From contig CAVNZM010000003.1 in assembly GCA_963693365.1 (NCBI GenBank), positions 2,010,768 through 2,074,767 on the forward strand: 64,000 nt of DNA, read 5' to 3'. The notes below the pieces were generated by a model, which was not told the origin of the DNA, did no database searches, and saw nothing but the letters and a program-made list of their open reading frames with translations. Below, one piece after another: positions 1 to 12,760 of the stretch (the stretch's first letter is position 1; every line of letters starts with the position of its first letter). Origin of the DNA: Amoebidium appalachense (taxonomy: Eukaryota; Protista; Ichthyosporea). The position numbers and the translations under genes were made by a program.

Positions 1-342
1 GAAAACGGTGACGCTTCTTAAGTTAAATTTCATAGGCTCTTCCATTGGTTTAAAATGGCTGTTCAAAAAACCCGCTTTCTGAAATGAGCTCGGCTGAGCC
101 ACTTAATTAGTCAGTGGTCTACTGGCATGGAAACGTTCACTCTGTGAAACGCTTGGCTAGAGATTACATGTGCAAACTTACGAGGCCAGGAGTTTTAAGA
201 AGACATTTATGCATGGTGTCTCTGTGCTTGTTTGTGAATGGTTCACATGGCGTGGGTCTAGGTTTTACTAGGGGGTCGGTGGTGGTGGTGGTGGCTGATG
301 GGGGGAAGGGGGGAGGGGCGGAGAAGAGGGTGAGTGAGTATG

Positions 343-405
<63 letters not shown>

Positions 406-570
406 CCATTGAAGCTGGGTGTGTTGGGGTTGCGTGCGTGTGTGCGCTTCAGTTATTTTCTCTTTAAATGTTTATGCCATCATCGGACAACGATGGACAA
501 CGGTGGACTCCTGATAAACTTTCTTACATAAAATACAAATAAAAATAACATTAACCGCTTTCATGTGCAG

Positions 571-764
571 GCAGACTATGCTCACAGCCTGGGGCTGGCG
601 ATTGGCCTAAAGAACGATCTTATGCAGGCCAGCCGTCTATCAGCAATCTACGACTTTGCCGTAAATGAGGTGGGCTGGGATGACTGTTTGCAGTCTTATT
701 TAGGTGTCTGAATCATGCTAGTTTTTCATTTTTGTCCCCCACAACATCCCTCCTCCCCCCCCCA

Positions 765-802
<38 letters not shown>

Positions 803-1071
803 CTGTGTCCTGCCCACATATGTCGCTGTGGAAAGTAAAATAGTTCGCACAGTGCATTACAAACTTTCCTATTACGAGCATGGGGTACGCACCACGCTCA
901 AACACCGTTTACGGTTGAGTCCCTTCCTCGGTCCCTCTTCCAACTCGGGATCCCTCTCCCCCCTCTCCCCCCTCCCCCCTCCCCCCTTCCCCCCCTCCTC
1001 TCGCCTCCCCTTGCTTTCCACCCTCTAAACGCAATTTCTCTCTCCGAGGTCTCTCTCTCCCCTCCATCCCC

Positions 1072-1102
<31 letters not shown>

Positions 1103-1217
1103 ACCTCCTCCCCCTCCGCCCCTCTCCCCCAAGCCAGGATATTGAAAACCAGGTATCCGCATGCTGCTTAAAGCTCTCTACAGCCAAAATCATCAGCCCC
1201 CCCCGTCTCCGCCCCCA

Positions 1218-1261
<44 letters not shown>

Positions 1262-1321
1262 ACCTTCTCCCCTCCCATCCGCCCGCCCCTTTGCTCATTC
1301 CTCTCCCTTCCTCCTCCCTCC

Positions 1322-1382
<61 letters not shown>

Positions 1383-1932
1383 ACACACAAAAAAAAAAAG
1401 AAAAAAACAAAAAAAAAAAAAACAAACCCTGCCCGTCCCCATGATACTAACCCTTCCCCCAACCAGCGTTGCACCGAGTACCAAGAATGCAAATACGTCC
1501 TCCCGTTCCTCAACCAAGGCAAAGCCGTGCTGGGAACGGAATATTCCGGCGTGTTCCTGAAAGCTTGCGAGCAGTCCGCACAGATGGGCATGTCGACAAA
1601 ATACGGCGTGGAAGGGCGGTGGTACAACTGCAACGAGAAGAAATCAATGCCGGCAACAAAATGGACGTCGACAAACGGGGGTGCGCTGAATGGTGTCAAG
1701 GCCCAGTCTGTTGGAGGTGGGGGTAATCCGCTTATTGTAGGCAGTTCGAACCCTGTTTCGACATCATATGACGGTGGGCCAGTGAATGGTGTCTTGGGGG
1801 TCGGGGTGTGGCCACTGATAAAGCCAGGAACGGGGTTTGGAATACGGACCAGTTGCGCAAATGACAGCTCGTGCGAAAGTGATGGCGGCCCAAATGACAA
1901 GGTGGGTTAGGCGGGGGGGGGGGGGGGGGGGG

Positions 1933-1963
<31 letters not shown>

Positions 1964-2409
1964 AAGGGTTAAGGGGGTAATTTGACGTCCGGCAATCATT
2001 TCTGGGAATGCACAATGAGGCCAAGCAACATGCACAACTTGAGTTTGGGGTACAAATTAGAAGATAGGGGCGTGGGGGGGGAGGTGAGGAAGTGGGGGGG
2101 GGGGGGGGGGGAGTTGGGGGAAGGGGGGGTTTGAGAAGATGTAAAGAAATCGGCAGATATGGTTGGGTCAAATTGCTTTGAAAAGCAAGGCAACACTTAT
2201 AAAGCAAGGAGTGGACATTGGGTTAGCGGGGGAGGGAGGGAAGGTGTTGGAGGGAGAGAGGAAGTGGGGGGAGGGGGGCACATGCCGGGGATGGCAAGTG
2301 GAAAACGGAAAGGGTGGATGGGAGGTGGGTGAGGAGGAGGGGGGAGGGGTTGGGACCTTCCCACACACACACACACACACACACACAACACACACACACA
2401 CACACACAC

Positions 2410-2482
<73 letters not shown>

Positions 2483-4030
2483 GGTGACTAAATCATCGTG
2501 TAGAATTACCCGTAGATGCAGGGGATAGAGGTACTTACTCACCACTCACCCACCAATCCCCCAGGTTATCGTTGTCTCCATATCCGAACCCGATTCCGCC
2601 ATTCAAGAAATCGCCCAATCAGGCCGCATTCCCGCATGTCACGTGTCGCTGGGTACCTTTGACCGTACAGACAGTACCTTGCCCACACCTCTGCTTCAGT
2701 ATATGTCATCACACCCAGAGGTACGTTTTTACGCAATAATCATGCTTGGAGTATTTGTAGCATGTACTCAATCGGGGAATGTATGTTGCTCGATTGGAGA
2801 ACGGCAATATACTTGGCCACTCCATTTTGGCCGCATCACACCTCAGCTCATCAGACCTCCTTTTTTTTCTTTCTTTCTTTTCTACTCCCACCCCTGTACT
2901 GCCCCGATGACTTCCCCAAATCTGAAGCCCTCACCCCCCCCCCCCCCCCCCCCCCCCCCCCACACACACACACATATATATGGTTGGGGTTGGGGGGGGG
3001 GAGTGCCGGGGGGGGGGGGGGAGGGGGGCGCGGGGAGGGGGGGGGGGGGGGGAAGAGCAAAAACGAAGGTTTTGTTTAGTACATCATGATAAGAACTCAC
3101 CTTTCCCATCCTTTCAGGTCCTCGCCACAAGGCCAGGGCCTTCAAACAGGCAACGGCTCGACATACGACAGCACGATCACATTACCATATGTGGTGCAGC
3201 GTTCATTGATTGGGCACACCTCAAGGGGTGCATGGCTATAGTAGCATCCGATCTTGACTGCTGGGAGAGGGAATGTGTCGACGGTGTCTCGGCTGCGGAT
3301 TTGGTGATCCCTCAACTGGACTATAACATGTGGGTGGTGCGTATCCATTCACCTCTCTCTCTCTTCCCCCCTCCCCCCCCCTCCCCCCTCCCCTCCCCCT
3401 TTCCAACCTTCCCTCTGCCCTTCACCTCCTCCCTCCCTCCCCATTCCCCCTCCACCTGGATTACAACACGTGGGTGGTGCGTATACATAAATCTATTTTT
3501 TTCCCCTTTGCCCCCTCCCCCCCCCTTCCCCTCCTCCCTCCCCCCCAATTCACCCCTCCCCCTAAATTACAATACGTGGGTGGTGCGTATCCATAAAGCT
3601 ATTTTTTCCCCCTCCCCCCTCCCCCTGCCCCTCCCTACCCATTTCCTCTCCCCGCCCCCTCCCCTCTCCCCTTCTCCCCCCCCCCCCCCCCCCCCCTACC
3701 CCCTCCCCCCACGTATGCGTGTGTGCGTATTGCGTGGGGGTATGTGCACAAGTCTCTCTGTTTGTGTAAAAGCACGCAAAGGGAGAGATGTGGGGTGGGG
3801 AGGAGGCGGGAGGGAGGGGGGGCGCGGAGAAGTGGGTATTACTACACACACCAAGAAGACCAAAAAATGATTAGATTCCCCGTGTTTTTTTTTTACTCCT
3901 CCTCCCCCCCCCCCCCCCCCCCCCCCCCCTCCCCATTTCCCCTACACCCCCTTATTTCTTCCTTTTTCTTTCTTCCTTAATTCCTCATTCTTCTTTTTCT
4001 TCTTCTTCTTCTTCTTTTTTTTTTTTTTTT

Positions 4031-4069
<39 letters not shown>

Positions 4070-4887
4070 TATACCACATTAGGCCGTGAACCGATATCCA
4101 TTCACCAAATAACAAAAATTCCGCAGGCGGACTATGCACACTCCAAGGGAATGGCCGCGGGCCTGGACGGCAGCATGGGCCTGCTGCCACAGCTCAAAGA
4201 CAAATACGACTTCTTTCTGGTGGAGGTATGCATACCAAATAAACACACTGCACAAATGCTTTGGTAGGAGGGCGTGAGACAGAAGAAGCCGAGGAAGGAG
4301 AGAAGACACATTTCAATACATAAGTTGCAGGCGCGGTTCATTGATATTTGATTAGCCGAAGGGTTTGAGGGAGAGAAAGGGGAAGAGGGGGAGAGAATAT
4401 CATTCATAAACACGTGGCATGCATGGCTGGTTTCGATTTTATTAGTAGAAGGGGGTGCCTGTGTGTGTGAGAGAGTGCCATTTGTTTCTGATTGAAAAGG
4501 ATGCAGGGTGAAGACATGCACACATGTAAACCCCACACATGGTTGGTTGATTATTAGGAGGGCTTGAGGAAGAGAACTAGAGCCGGTGAAAGAAGATTTC
4601 TTCCTGGTGATGTGTAAGTAGGGTGAAGAAACGGTGTACACACCATGCAAGCTGTTTGGTTGGGACTTGAGTGAGTGACGTGGGTGGCGGTTCGAGGGAG
4701 AGGACACGAAGAACTAATGAAATAGGGTAAAGGGCTGGTGGGGTATAGGGATGTGGGTTGTGTGTGTGTTGGGGGGAGGGGGGGGGTACGAGAGAGAGAG
4801 AGAGAGCGTGTGTGTGTGTGTGTGACAGAGAGGGGGGGAGGGGGGAGGGGAGGGGGAGGGGGAGGGTGGATGGGTGGGTGGATGGGT

Positions 4888-4923
<36 letters not shown>

Positions 4924-5635
4924 GGGGGGAGGGGGTAGGGGAGGGGGGAGGGGAGGGGAGGTGGCTTGGATTATTATGGTTCAATAAACCGTGTAAATGC
5001 AATAACAACACCAAGACTTCTTGTGTTACGGGCTCACTTTTTACGGCTGGTATAGCGGACTCCTGGTGGCTAATACTCACCCAACGACTGTGTATGGATA
5101 ACAAAAGAGGTCAAAAAAAAGGAGGGGGGGGGGGGGGGGGGGGGGGGGGGACCCGTGGGGAAGGGGAAGAAAAACCAACAAAAAACGAAAAAAAAGGAAA
5201 CTAATATTTCTTATGAAACCCACAGGATTGTGTTGCGGCAAAAACATGCAGTAAACTCGCACCACTTTCACGCATGGACAAAGCCATCTTCATGCTTGAG
5301 CATACGCGCTCACCATCTCCCATTTGCCAAATAGCCACCGCCCTTGGAGCCTCAGCAAAAACCCAAACCCCTTCCACCGGAGAATGGGTTAATTGTTTAA
5401 CCCCAGATACGCTCCCACCAACATATTGGTCAGATGGGCATACCATCGTCATTACCCCCCTGAAATTGGAAATGGCTCACTTCAGGCTGGGGAGGATACG
5501 ATTGAGGAGGTGGGGTCAGAGGAGCCAAAGTGGGTATTGATCCCCCCTGGGTCTTCATTTGCGATGGTAAATGGGACGGAAATAACAAGTGAAGATGGCT
5601 TGGAATCGATACCAGAAAAGGTAAATTTGCCCCCC

Positions 5636-5666
<31 letters not shown>

Positions 5667-6006
5667 CCCCCCACGCTACCCTCCACCTCTCTCTCTCTCT
5701 CCCCCCCTGCCCCCCCCCAACAAAGGCACACAGACACACACCCACATCCCCCCTGGCTTCCCCGTGTGACCATACCACCACTTTGACCTCCCGAACCAAA
5801 ATTGGCTCACCACCGGGATTTAGCAGCTCACAAATAGCAGTGTTGTATTAAAAAAACTGTACTTACCTGGATTGTTGAATGGGTTTGGTTCTGTAAGGAA
5901 GAGGGTGGGGGAGGGGGGGGGGGGGGTTGCTCTTTATTACCTGGTCTCCCTCTTTCAACTCGACTGCAATAAGCCATATACATGCGCGATAGTCATTGAT
6001 ATCATC

Positions 6007-6086
<80 letters not shown>

Positions 6087-9000
6087 TGTGTATTGATGCG
6101 CACGTGCATATCACATCATAATGAACCGAATCATTACTCTAAGATATATATTCATATAGTGCTTACACTAAGGCCCACCCCAATCCATACGCTCTCAGGT
6201 ATTGGTCATGGATCTATTCAACACCACCGCCCCCACCATCCGGCAGCTGACAGGCACAGGCCACGTGGTCGTGTGCACGTTTTCCGCCACATTCCAGAAT
6301 ACCAATGACCCCGATGCTGATTGGCTGCTGAAGGAGTACCCAAATGTATGTACTACCCAATACCTATTCTTCTCACCCATGCCCCCCTCCCCCTTCCCTC
6401 CCCCTCCCACCCCCTAAATTCCCGCCAAGTCCCTCTCTGATGAACCGCCCCCTCCCCCCCCCCCCCCCCCCCTCCTCCCCCCCTGCCCGCCCGCCTGCCC
6501 GCCTGCCCCCTCCCCCGTGCCCCCTTTCCAGGCCTGCCGGGGGGCCTTACTCTCCCCCTTCTCAACCGATTAAGTGGAAACGGTTTTCCCTATATAAGCT
6601 TGTGTGGGTTGTGTGATTTCTTCTTTTCTCTCATTCTTTCGACTTTTTCGTTTTCTTCTTCCCTTTTTTCTTTTGGGTGGAGAGGGGGGGAAGGGGGGAG
6701 TGCCCAGGAATATGATGTCAAAAAAACAGACAAACACCAATCTTTAGGGAAGCCAATAGCTTTTTTATTAATATATTCACCCTTTAACTCCCATACCAAA
6801 TGATCATACCCAACACCAATCTGTAACCAAATCAATCCCTCTTTAATCTTTATGTTTCAAAAACCCCGGGACCAAATGATTATACCTAATATTCCCCACA
6901 ACAGCTGCGTATCGGGCCCGCTACCAACACCACACGCTGGCCCTTTGACCTCAGTCAAGAGCAACCCCTCCAACAAATGGCCAGCCGTCGCATAGATGTA
7001 GCATCAGCAAAGGGGTGCAGTGCCGTATTGCCACTAGATCTGGCCCAGCCATATGCTCTGTGCGAGCCTAAATGCAACACTACAGTGGCTGCAATAGACA
7101 GATACGCTGCTTGGATGGTGGGCTTTTGTAATTTTTTACTCACACTTTAACATCTCAACCCCCCCCCCCCCCCCTCCCCCCGGCCGCTCCACCCGTCCCC
7201 CACCCGCCCACCCGTCCCCTCCCCACCCCCAGCACACAACACAAAAGCAGCACCCGACCCCACTCTCCTAACCTCCTTTCCCCTTTTTCTTCCGAACACC
7301 TCTTCAAAAGCGAATAGAACGGGCTTAGCATGAAGAACCCTCCCCCCCCCCCCCCCCCCCCCCCCTCCTCCCCCTCCTCCCCTTTTTTTTTTCGCCCAAT
7401 GCGTGGTATGTTCCTGAATTCCATATACCCCCCCCCCCACACACACACACGCGCACACATACACACTCTTTCACTATCGGCGGAACGATTTAGGGCATGC
7501 CCAAGTGATGGAGAAAGGTGTGTGTGTGGGGGGGGGGGGGGGGGGGGGGGGGGGAGGGGGAAACAGAGAGAGTGAGAGAGAGACCCAGTGTGTGCTCTAA
7601 CATGCTACATGACCGTGTGCTACCCCACGCCACCTTCCCCTGCAGGCATGGTATGCACACTCTCGGGGTCTAGCCATTGGCTTCAGCGGCCTGCCTGACC
7701 GCCATCCAATCATTCTCAGCCGTTTCGACTTTGCTTTTGCTGATGTATGTGCCCCCCACCCCCCCACCCCCACCCCCCCCTTCCCCCCAACGCACACACC
7801 CACATACCCACACTTGCCTCTCATCCCTCTCTGCCCAGTCCACCTTTCAGTCTATTATCCCTCCACAACCCAGTCGTAACCAACCCACCACCAACCCACC
7901 GTGGCCTGCACCCCCAATGCAAACCCCCCTCCCCCCCCCTCTCTCTCCCCCGCTCCCATGTCTGCCCCTCTTCCAGTGTTCCCTCCCCTCCACACTTACT
8001 CTTCGCTCCCCTCCCCCCCCCCCCCCCCCCCCCCCCCCTCCCACCTCCCCCCCTCCCACCCCCCCCCCTTCCCTCCCCACCTCTCCCTCCATTCGAACTC
8101 CTTCCCGGATCCTCTCCTGTCCTCCTCATGTGCATGTTTTCTTCCTTCTTCACTTCCTCCACTAAAACCCTCCATTACCAGGACTGCTACCAACAAAGCA
8201 GCTGCACCCCCTTCCTCGAGTTTATCTCCGAGGCCCGTGCCATGTTCACCACAATATCATCAACCAACTACCCAAACCACACCATCGCCCACATTTGCGG
8301 AGTTTCCCAAATGGTCGGGTTTTCCACCCAAATTCAGCTTCACGACACAACAAGATCCGTATCATGCAGTACTCTATTCCCCGGAAACAATACCGAAATT
8401 CCGCCTGCGCAGCCTAAAAACATTCTCACGCCCTGGTCGGATGGATCATATTCTCTCGGTCCTGCCCGTCCCAACACCCCCTCGCTCACCCCCCGCCGAA
8501 ATAGAAAAACTGCCGCCCAGCGTAACGGAAAACAAAACCCGTACAAACGACACTTCCATGGCTGAATTTTCACTTCTCCTTAGGCACCTTGCAACCCAAA
8601 TTGAGCCCGAAATGAGTGCTGTAAGTGGGTCTGCAAATCTAGGAAATTTGCCTCCTGTTGCATGGCACCCCACTGCAGGTCTGTTGACGCCATTTCCGAC
8701 CCCCCCGCTTGATCAAATATCCATCCAATTGCCAACTAGTACAACCCCACTTATCACATCCACATCACCAGCCGAATCAATCACGCGTACTCCTACGCCC
8801 ACTCCTACCATTTTATCCATTGAAGATTCCACCTCTGCACCTACAACACATAGCACCCCCACCCCAACAATGCAGAAACCCCCCACGACACAGGAACCCA
8901 TGCAAGGGGTAGACCCAACCACGGCAACCAATGACAAGGAGGGGATCCCGGAGCTAACAAGTTCCGGGAAGCCAACAAAAACGAGCGCATCCACCATCCC

Positions 9001-9931
9001 CACCACACAAGAAGGTACTCGATTCGTTTTCTCAGTACCAAGAAACGGCAGGGGAATACATTTTTTAGCCAATGAAAATAAATTTTGCGGAATGCCTCCC
9101 GTTTACTTAGCATCACTATGGTGTCACAGTGTGGAATTTTGTAGTTTGTGTTTCTTCGTCGCCGTGTTTGTTAATTTGCGGCTTGCACTCATGGACAAAA
9201 CTTTGGGTGTTTGCTAAGGGGTCTGTTTTCACAACACTTTCTTTTTTTGTTTGGGGGGAAACGGGGGAGAGTGGCCTGCGGGGTTGGGGGGGTGGGGGGG
9301 GGGGGGGTTGGGGGGGGGGGGGGGGGGGGGGTGCTGGCTGAAAAGGAGGGAAATTGCACCCAGTGGGTGTGGGTGTGCGTGAGGCTGTGTGTGGGGGGGA
9401 AAGAGGGGGTTGGTGGGCAGGTTGGAAAGGGGGGGGGGGGGGGGGGGGGGGGCTCTGATTAATTTCTTTAAAAGGATATAATTTGACAAGTGCATTTTGC
9501 GAAAAGCAGGTCCAAGGGGCTCGTGCACATGGGGCAGGGGTGGGGTGGTGGGGAGGTGTGGGTAATGGAGAATGAAATGATGTATTCTCGATTCCCAAAG
9601 AAGCTTGCAAACAGGGGGTGCATGGTGGCGGGTGAAACGGAGGTAGACGGTTGGGTGGGTGGAGGTGGGTGGATGGGTTTAGGGGGACAGGTGGGTTGGG
9701 AGGTTAGTGTTGTAACTAGGAACAGACCTATATACACACACACTCACTCACGCACATGGTCAACATCATATTTCCCCACCCACCATGTAGGCATACCGTG
9801 CACAAACGCGTGCACACACACATATATACTTATCCACACACACATACACACAGGCACAGACACACGCACGTGCACACAGAAATGTACAATCAGTAAAATA
9901 TGTTGTGCCTAACAACCACACATACACACAT

Positions 9932-9996
<65 letters not shown>

Positions 9997-11987
9997 GACA
10001 CACACACAAAAACACCTAACACACGTTCTCACACACACACGCCCAAAACACACCCACATCTAACCAACCAACACACAAACACAAACTCCGACCCTCCCCC
10101 CCCCCCCCCCCCCCCTTCCCCCCTTCCCTCCCACCATTCACCCACCCTTCCATCCACACACACACACCTAACATACGTAATCCCTAACACCCTCACATCC
10201 CTTTTCAGCACCACCACAGCGCGTTGATTTCACCGTTCAATCACCGTATCGGCCTGATAGTGTCGACCTTCCTTTCCTCCGTGACGGGCTGGCTGCAGCC
10301 CTTGATGTGTTCCCTGAGTGCATAGAACTCATCGATAAAATCTCCCAATCCAACAATAGTCCAACTATAAGTATCGTGGAGGTGAATAACCCCCCCCCCC
10401 CCCCTCCCCCTTTATGGGCCACCCCTTCTTATCTCATATGTCCCTCCCCCCCCCCCCCCCCCCCCCCCCCTGCCCTCGTGTTATAACTTCTCTCCTCCTC
10501 GTATTTGTCCACCTAGGCACCCATCCTCCCTCCAAATCACCCACACGGACCCTCTAACACACAGTGAACCAACCAAGGGACGTGTGCCATTCAACCCACA
10601 CAATGATAGAGGAATCCCCCCCCCCCACCCCCCCCCCAAACACCCAAACACCCACCCACCGTTTTTCTCTCGACCTCCCTGTTTCGTTCCACCTTCTACG
10701 TAAGTTTTTAAACCCTCTTGCCCGTTTCTTTTCGTGTGCTAACACACCATTCGACCGTTTTCTTGCACATCGTTGCTTCATTCACTGCATAGCCAACAAA
10801 CCTAGATGATACAATGCATCCGCATGTAGAAGGGTTGGCGCCGCGGGGGGGGGGAGGGGGGGGGGGGGGGGGGGTATATCATCTGTACACGTTTGATTCA
10901 AGGTTGTACAATGTTCACTTACGCTCTTATTTTGTTATTATTTTAACAAAAAATTCCCCTTTTTTCGAGTACCGGTATAATAGTGCAAACAGCAAAACCT
11001 GGCACCAGTTAACCTTTCTGCACTCGCAGGCACGACTCAACGCCGAAGCGCTTGCTGGGTTGGACAAGACGGATTTGCGCACCCTGGCTTCCGTGGGGGT
11101 TCTGGCCGTTAGAAGATATGGTGGGTCTTACTGGTACTAAATTGGGTGGCCGGGATTGGTGGTTAAGGGTGGGGCAAAGGAGGGAATGGTGGTGGCGGTG
11201 GGGGTGGTGGGGGGAGGGGGGGGGGGGGGGGGGGGGTGGGGGGGGGGGGGGGGGGGGGGGGGGGATGGAGGGAAAAAAGATACGTATGGTATGGTTACTT
11301 GTCGAACCTCCCAAGACACATGCCAATAATCCCATCCCCTTCGAACCCTCCCCCCCCCCTCCCCCCCACAAACCCAAAAGAATAAATATAAAACAACAAT
11401 AATAGTAATGATAATAAACCTTGAAACAAAATTCAAATTTCACCCTGTGGGGGGGAGGGGGGGGGGGGGGGGGGGGGGGACGGAAGGAGGGGGAGGGGGG
11501 GGGGGGGGGGGGGCTCTTTGGTGGGGGATCAAATGCTATACTTTGCATGAGATGCTGACACGATTTATTTGCAGGGCCAGGTACTGCATACCAAGAGAGC
11601 AACACCCCAAACACCACAAGCAACCCCTCCGCCTCTGACATCGAGAACGCCGCAAACACCACCACAACCAACCCAAGCAAGGATCAAAATTATGCAACAC
11701 GCATTGCCATATTTGGCGCCGTGGGTTGCGCGGCTACACTAGGCGTTGCGGCTGTTGCAATAGGTACTTTCCGACTATGGAGAATGCAAAGGGCCAGATG
11801 GCAGCATAGGCACCATTTGGAAAATGTAGCTGCAAGATTGTCCATGTTTTCCGGATCGGATCTCAATACCGAAATGAAATTCAACACTTCAGACCCTTCT
11901 CTTATGCGCAGTTTGGAGGGTTTGGCGTATGTTCATGGGGCTGAATTGAGCGCATCTTCACGGCTTGACCTTGGTGTGTCTGTGTAG
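571..11987 (+). CDS. 5'-partial type I membrane protein: at least 3 tandem GH114 (Ega3-like endo-alpha-1,4-galactosaminidase) domains, S/T/P-rich stalk, small juxtamembrane domain, TM helix, cytoplasmic tail
   Basis: GT-AG exons: 571-669, 1467-1901, 2565-2720, 3118-3336, 4127-4225, 5226-5620, 6199-6345, 6905-7117, 7646-7744, 8182-9014, 10209-10381, 11009-11120, 11575-11987 (TAG). Domain 1 reads ADYAHSLGLAIGLKNDL..YDFAVNE|RCTEYQEC..PFLNQGKAVLGTEY, matching the GH114 pattern AH.RGLAIGLKN..DFAVNEQC..Y.EC..PF..GKAVF..EY. Domains 2 and 3 repeat the layout (RLDIR..KGC..QLDYNMW; VMDLFNT..VVCTFSA..KGC..AHSRGLAIG). TM segment IAIFGAVGCAATLGVAAVAIGTF is followed by RLWRMQRAR. Two 1-nt frameshifts in C6 runs (5455-5460, 8489-8494) are needed. 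About 1130 codons are visible; the start lies upstream of the window. Confidence 0.85.
3456..3594 (+). repeat. Two intronic copies of the preceding exon 3' end plus donor site (GH114 gene)
   Basis: Exon end ctggactataacatgtgggtg|gtgcgtatccat (3316-3348) recurs as ctggattacaacacgtgggtggtgcgtatacat (3456-3488) and ctaaattacaatacgtgggtggtgcgtatccat (3562-3594). Confidence 0.85.
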
Positions 11988-12540
11988 GAGATTTATACAA
12001 GGACAAAAGATTTCAAATCACACCAATATACCACATAGCACACAAGAAAAGTTCATTCGAGGGTATAACATATGGGTCGGGATGTATGTAGCAACAACCA
12101 TAGACTCATCACAGAAGGCTTTTACTAGACGTCACATGAAGGCGTGCCTGAAAAGACTAGAATACTACAGCCTTAACTCAACACAATATATATTCGGAAT
12201 CGGTTATATTCAGAGGTGTCAAGAATGAGCATGTATATCATCATAGTGTGTGATTGATGTGTGTGTGTGTGTGTGTGTGTGTTGGAAAGTTGTGGGGATG
12301 GGTTTCCAGTGTACGTCACGTGTATTTGTGTGTACGTGTTTGTGTGTTTATGTGTGTCACGGTGAGTGTTTGTGCAAGGGTACGGTACAACACACATGGC
12401 CGAAAGCAGATGGCACTGATGTGTGTTCATTCTGTGCTATTTCGGCAGAACTGAAACATTGACCGTGTGATTTCCTAATAATATTGTCGCAACACGCACA
12501 CACACACACACGCACACACACACACACACACAGTCACACA

Positions 12541-12760
12541 CATCCTGTCCGGTGATCCACAGATCCTGGGTACGGATCCTGGTAACTCCACACGTGCACC
12601 ATAGTAGCCCATCCCCACCCAACTTCCCACCACACACACACACACACACACACAGACACACAACCTGTCAGGTGATCTACAGATCCTGGTCTCAGTGACG
12701 GATCCTTGTCCTTCGTGCACATCATAGTAGCCCATCCCCACCAATCTTCCCAACACAAAC
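12541..12760. repeat. Imperfect tandem duplication of about 120 bp
   Basis: cctgtc.ggtgatc.acagatcctgg...acggatcc...gtgcac...catagtagcccatccccacc occurs at about 12544-12632 and 12664-12755. Confidence 0.75.
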
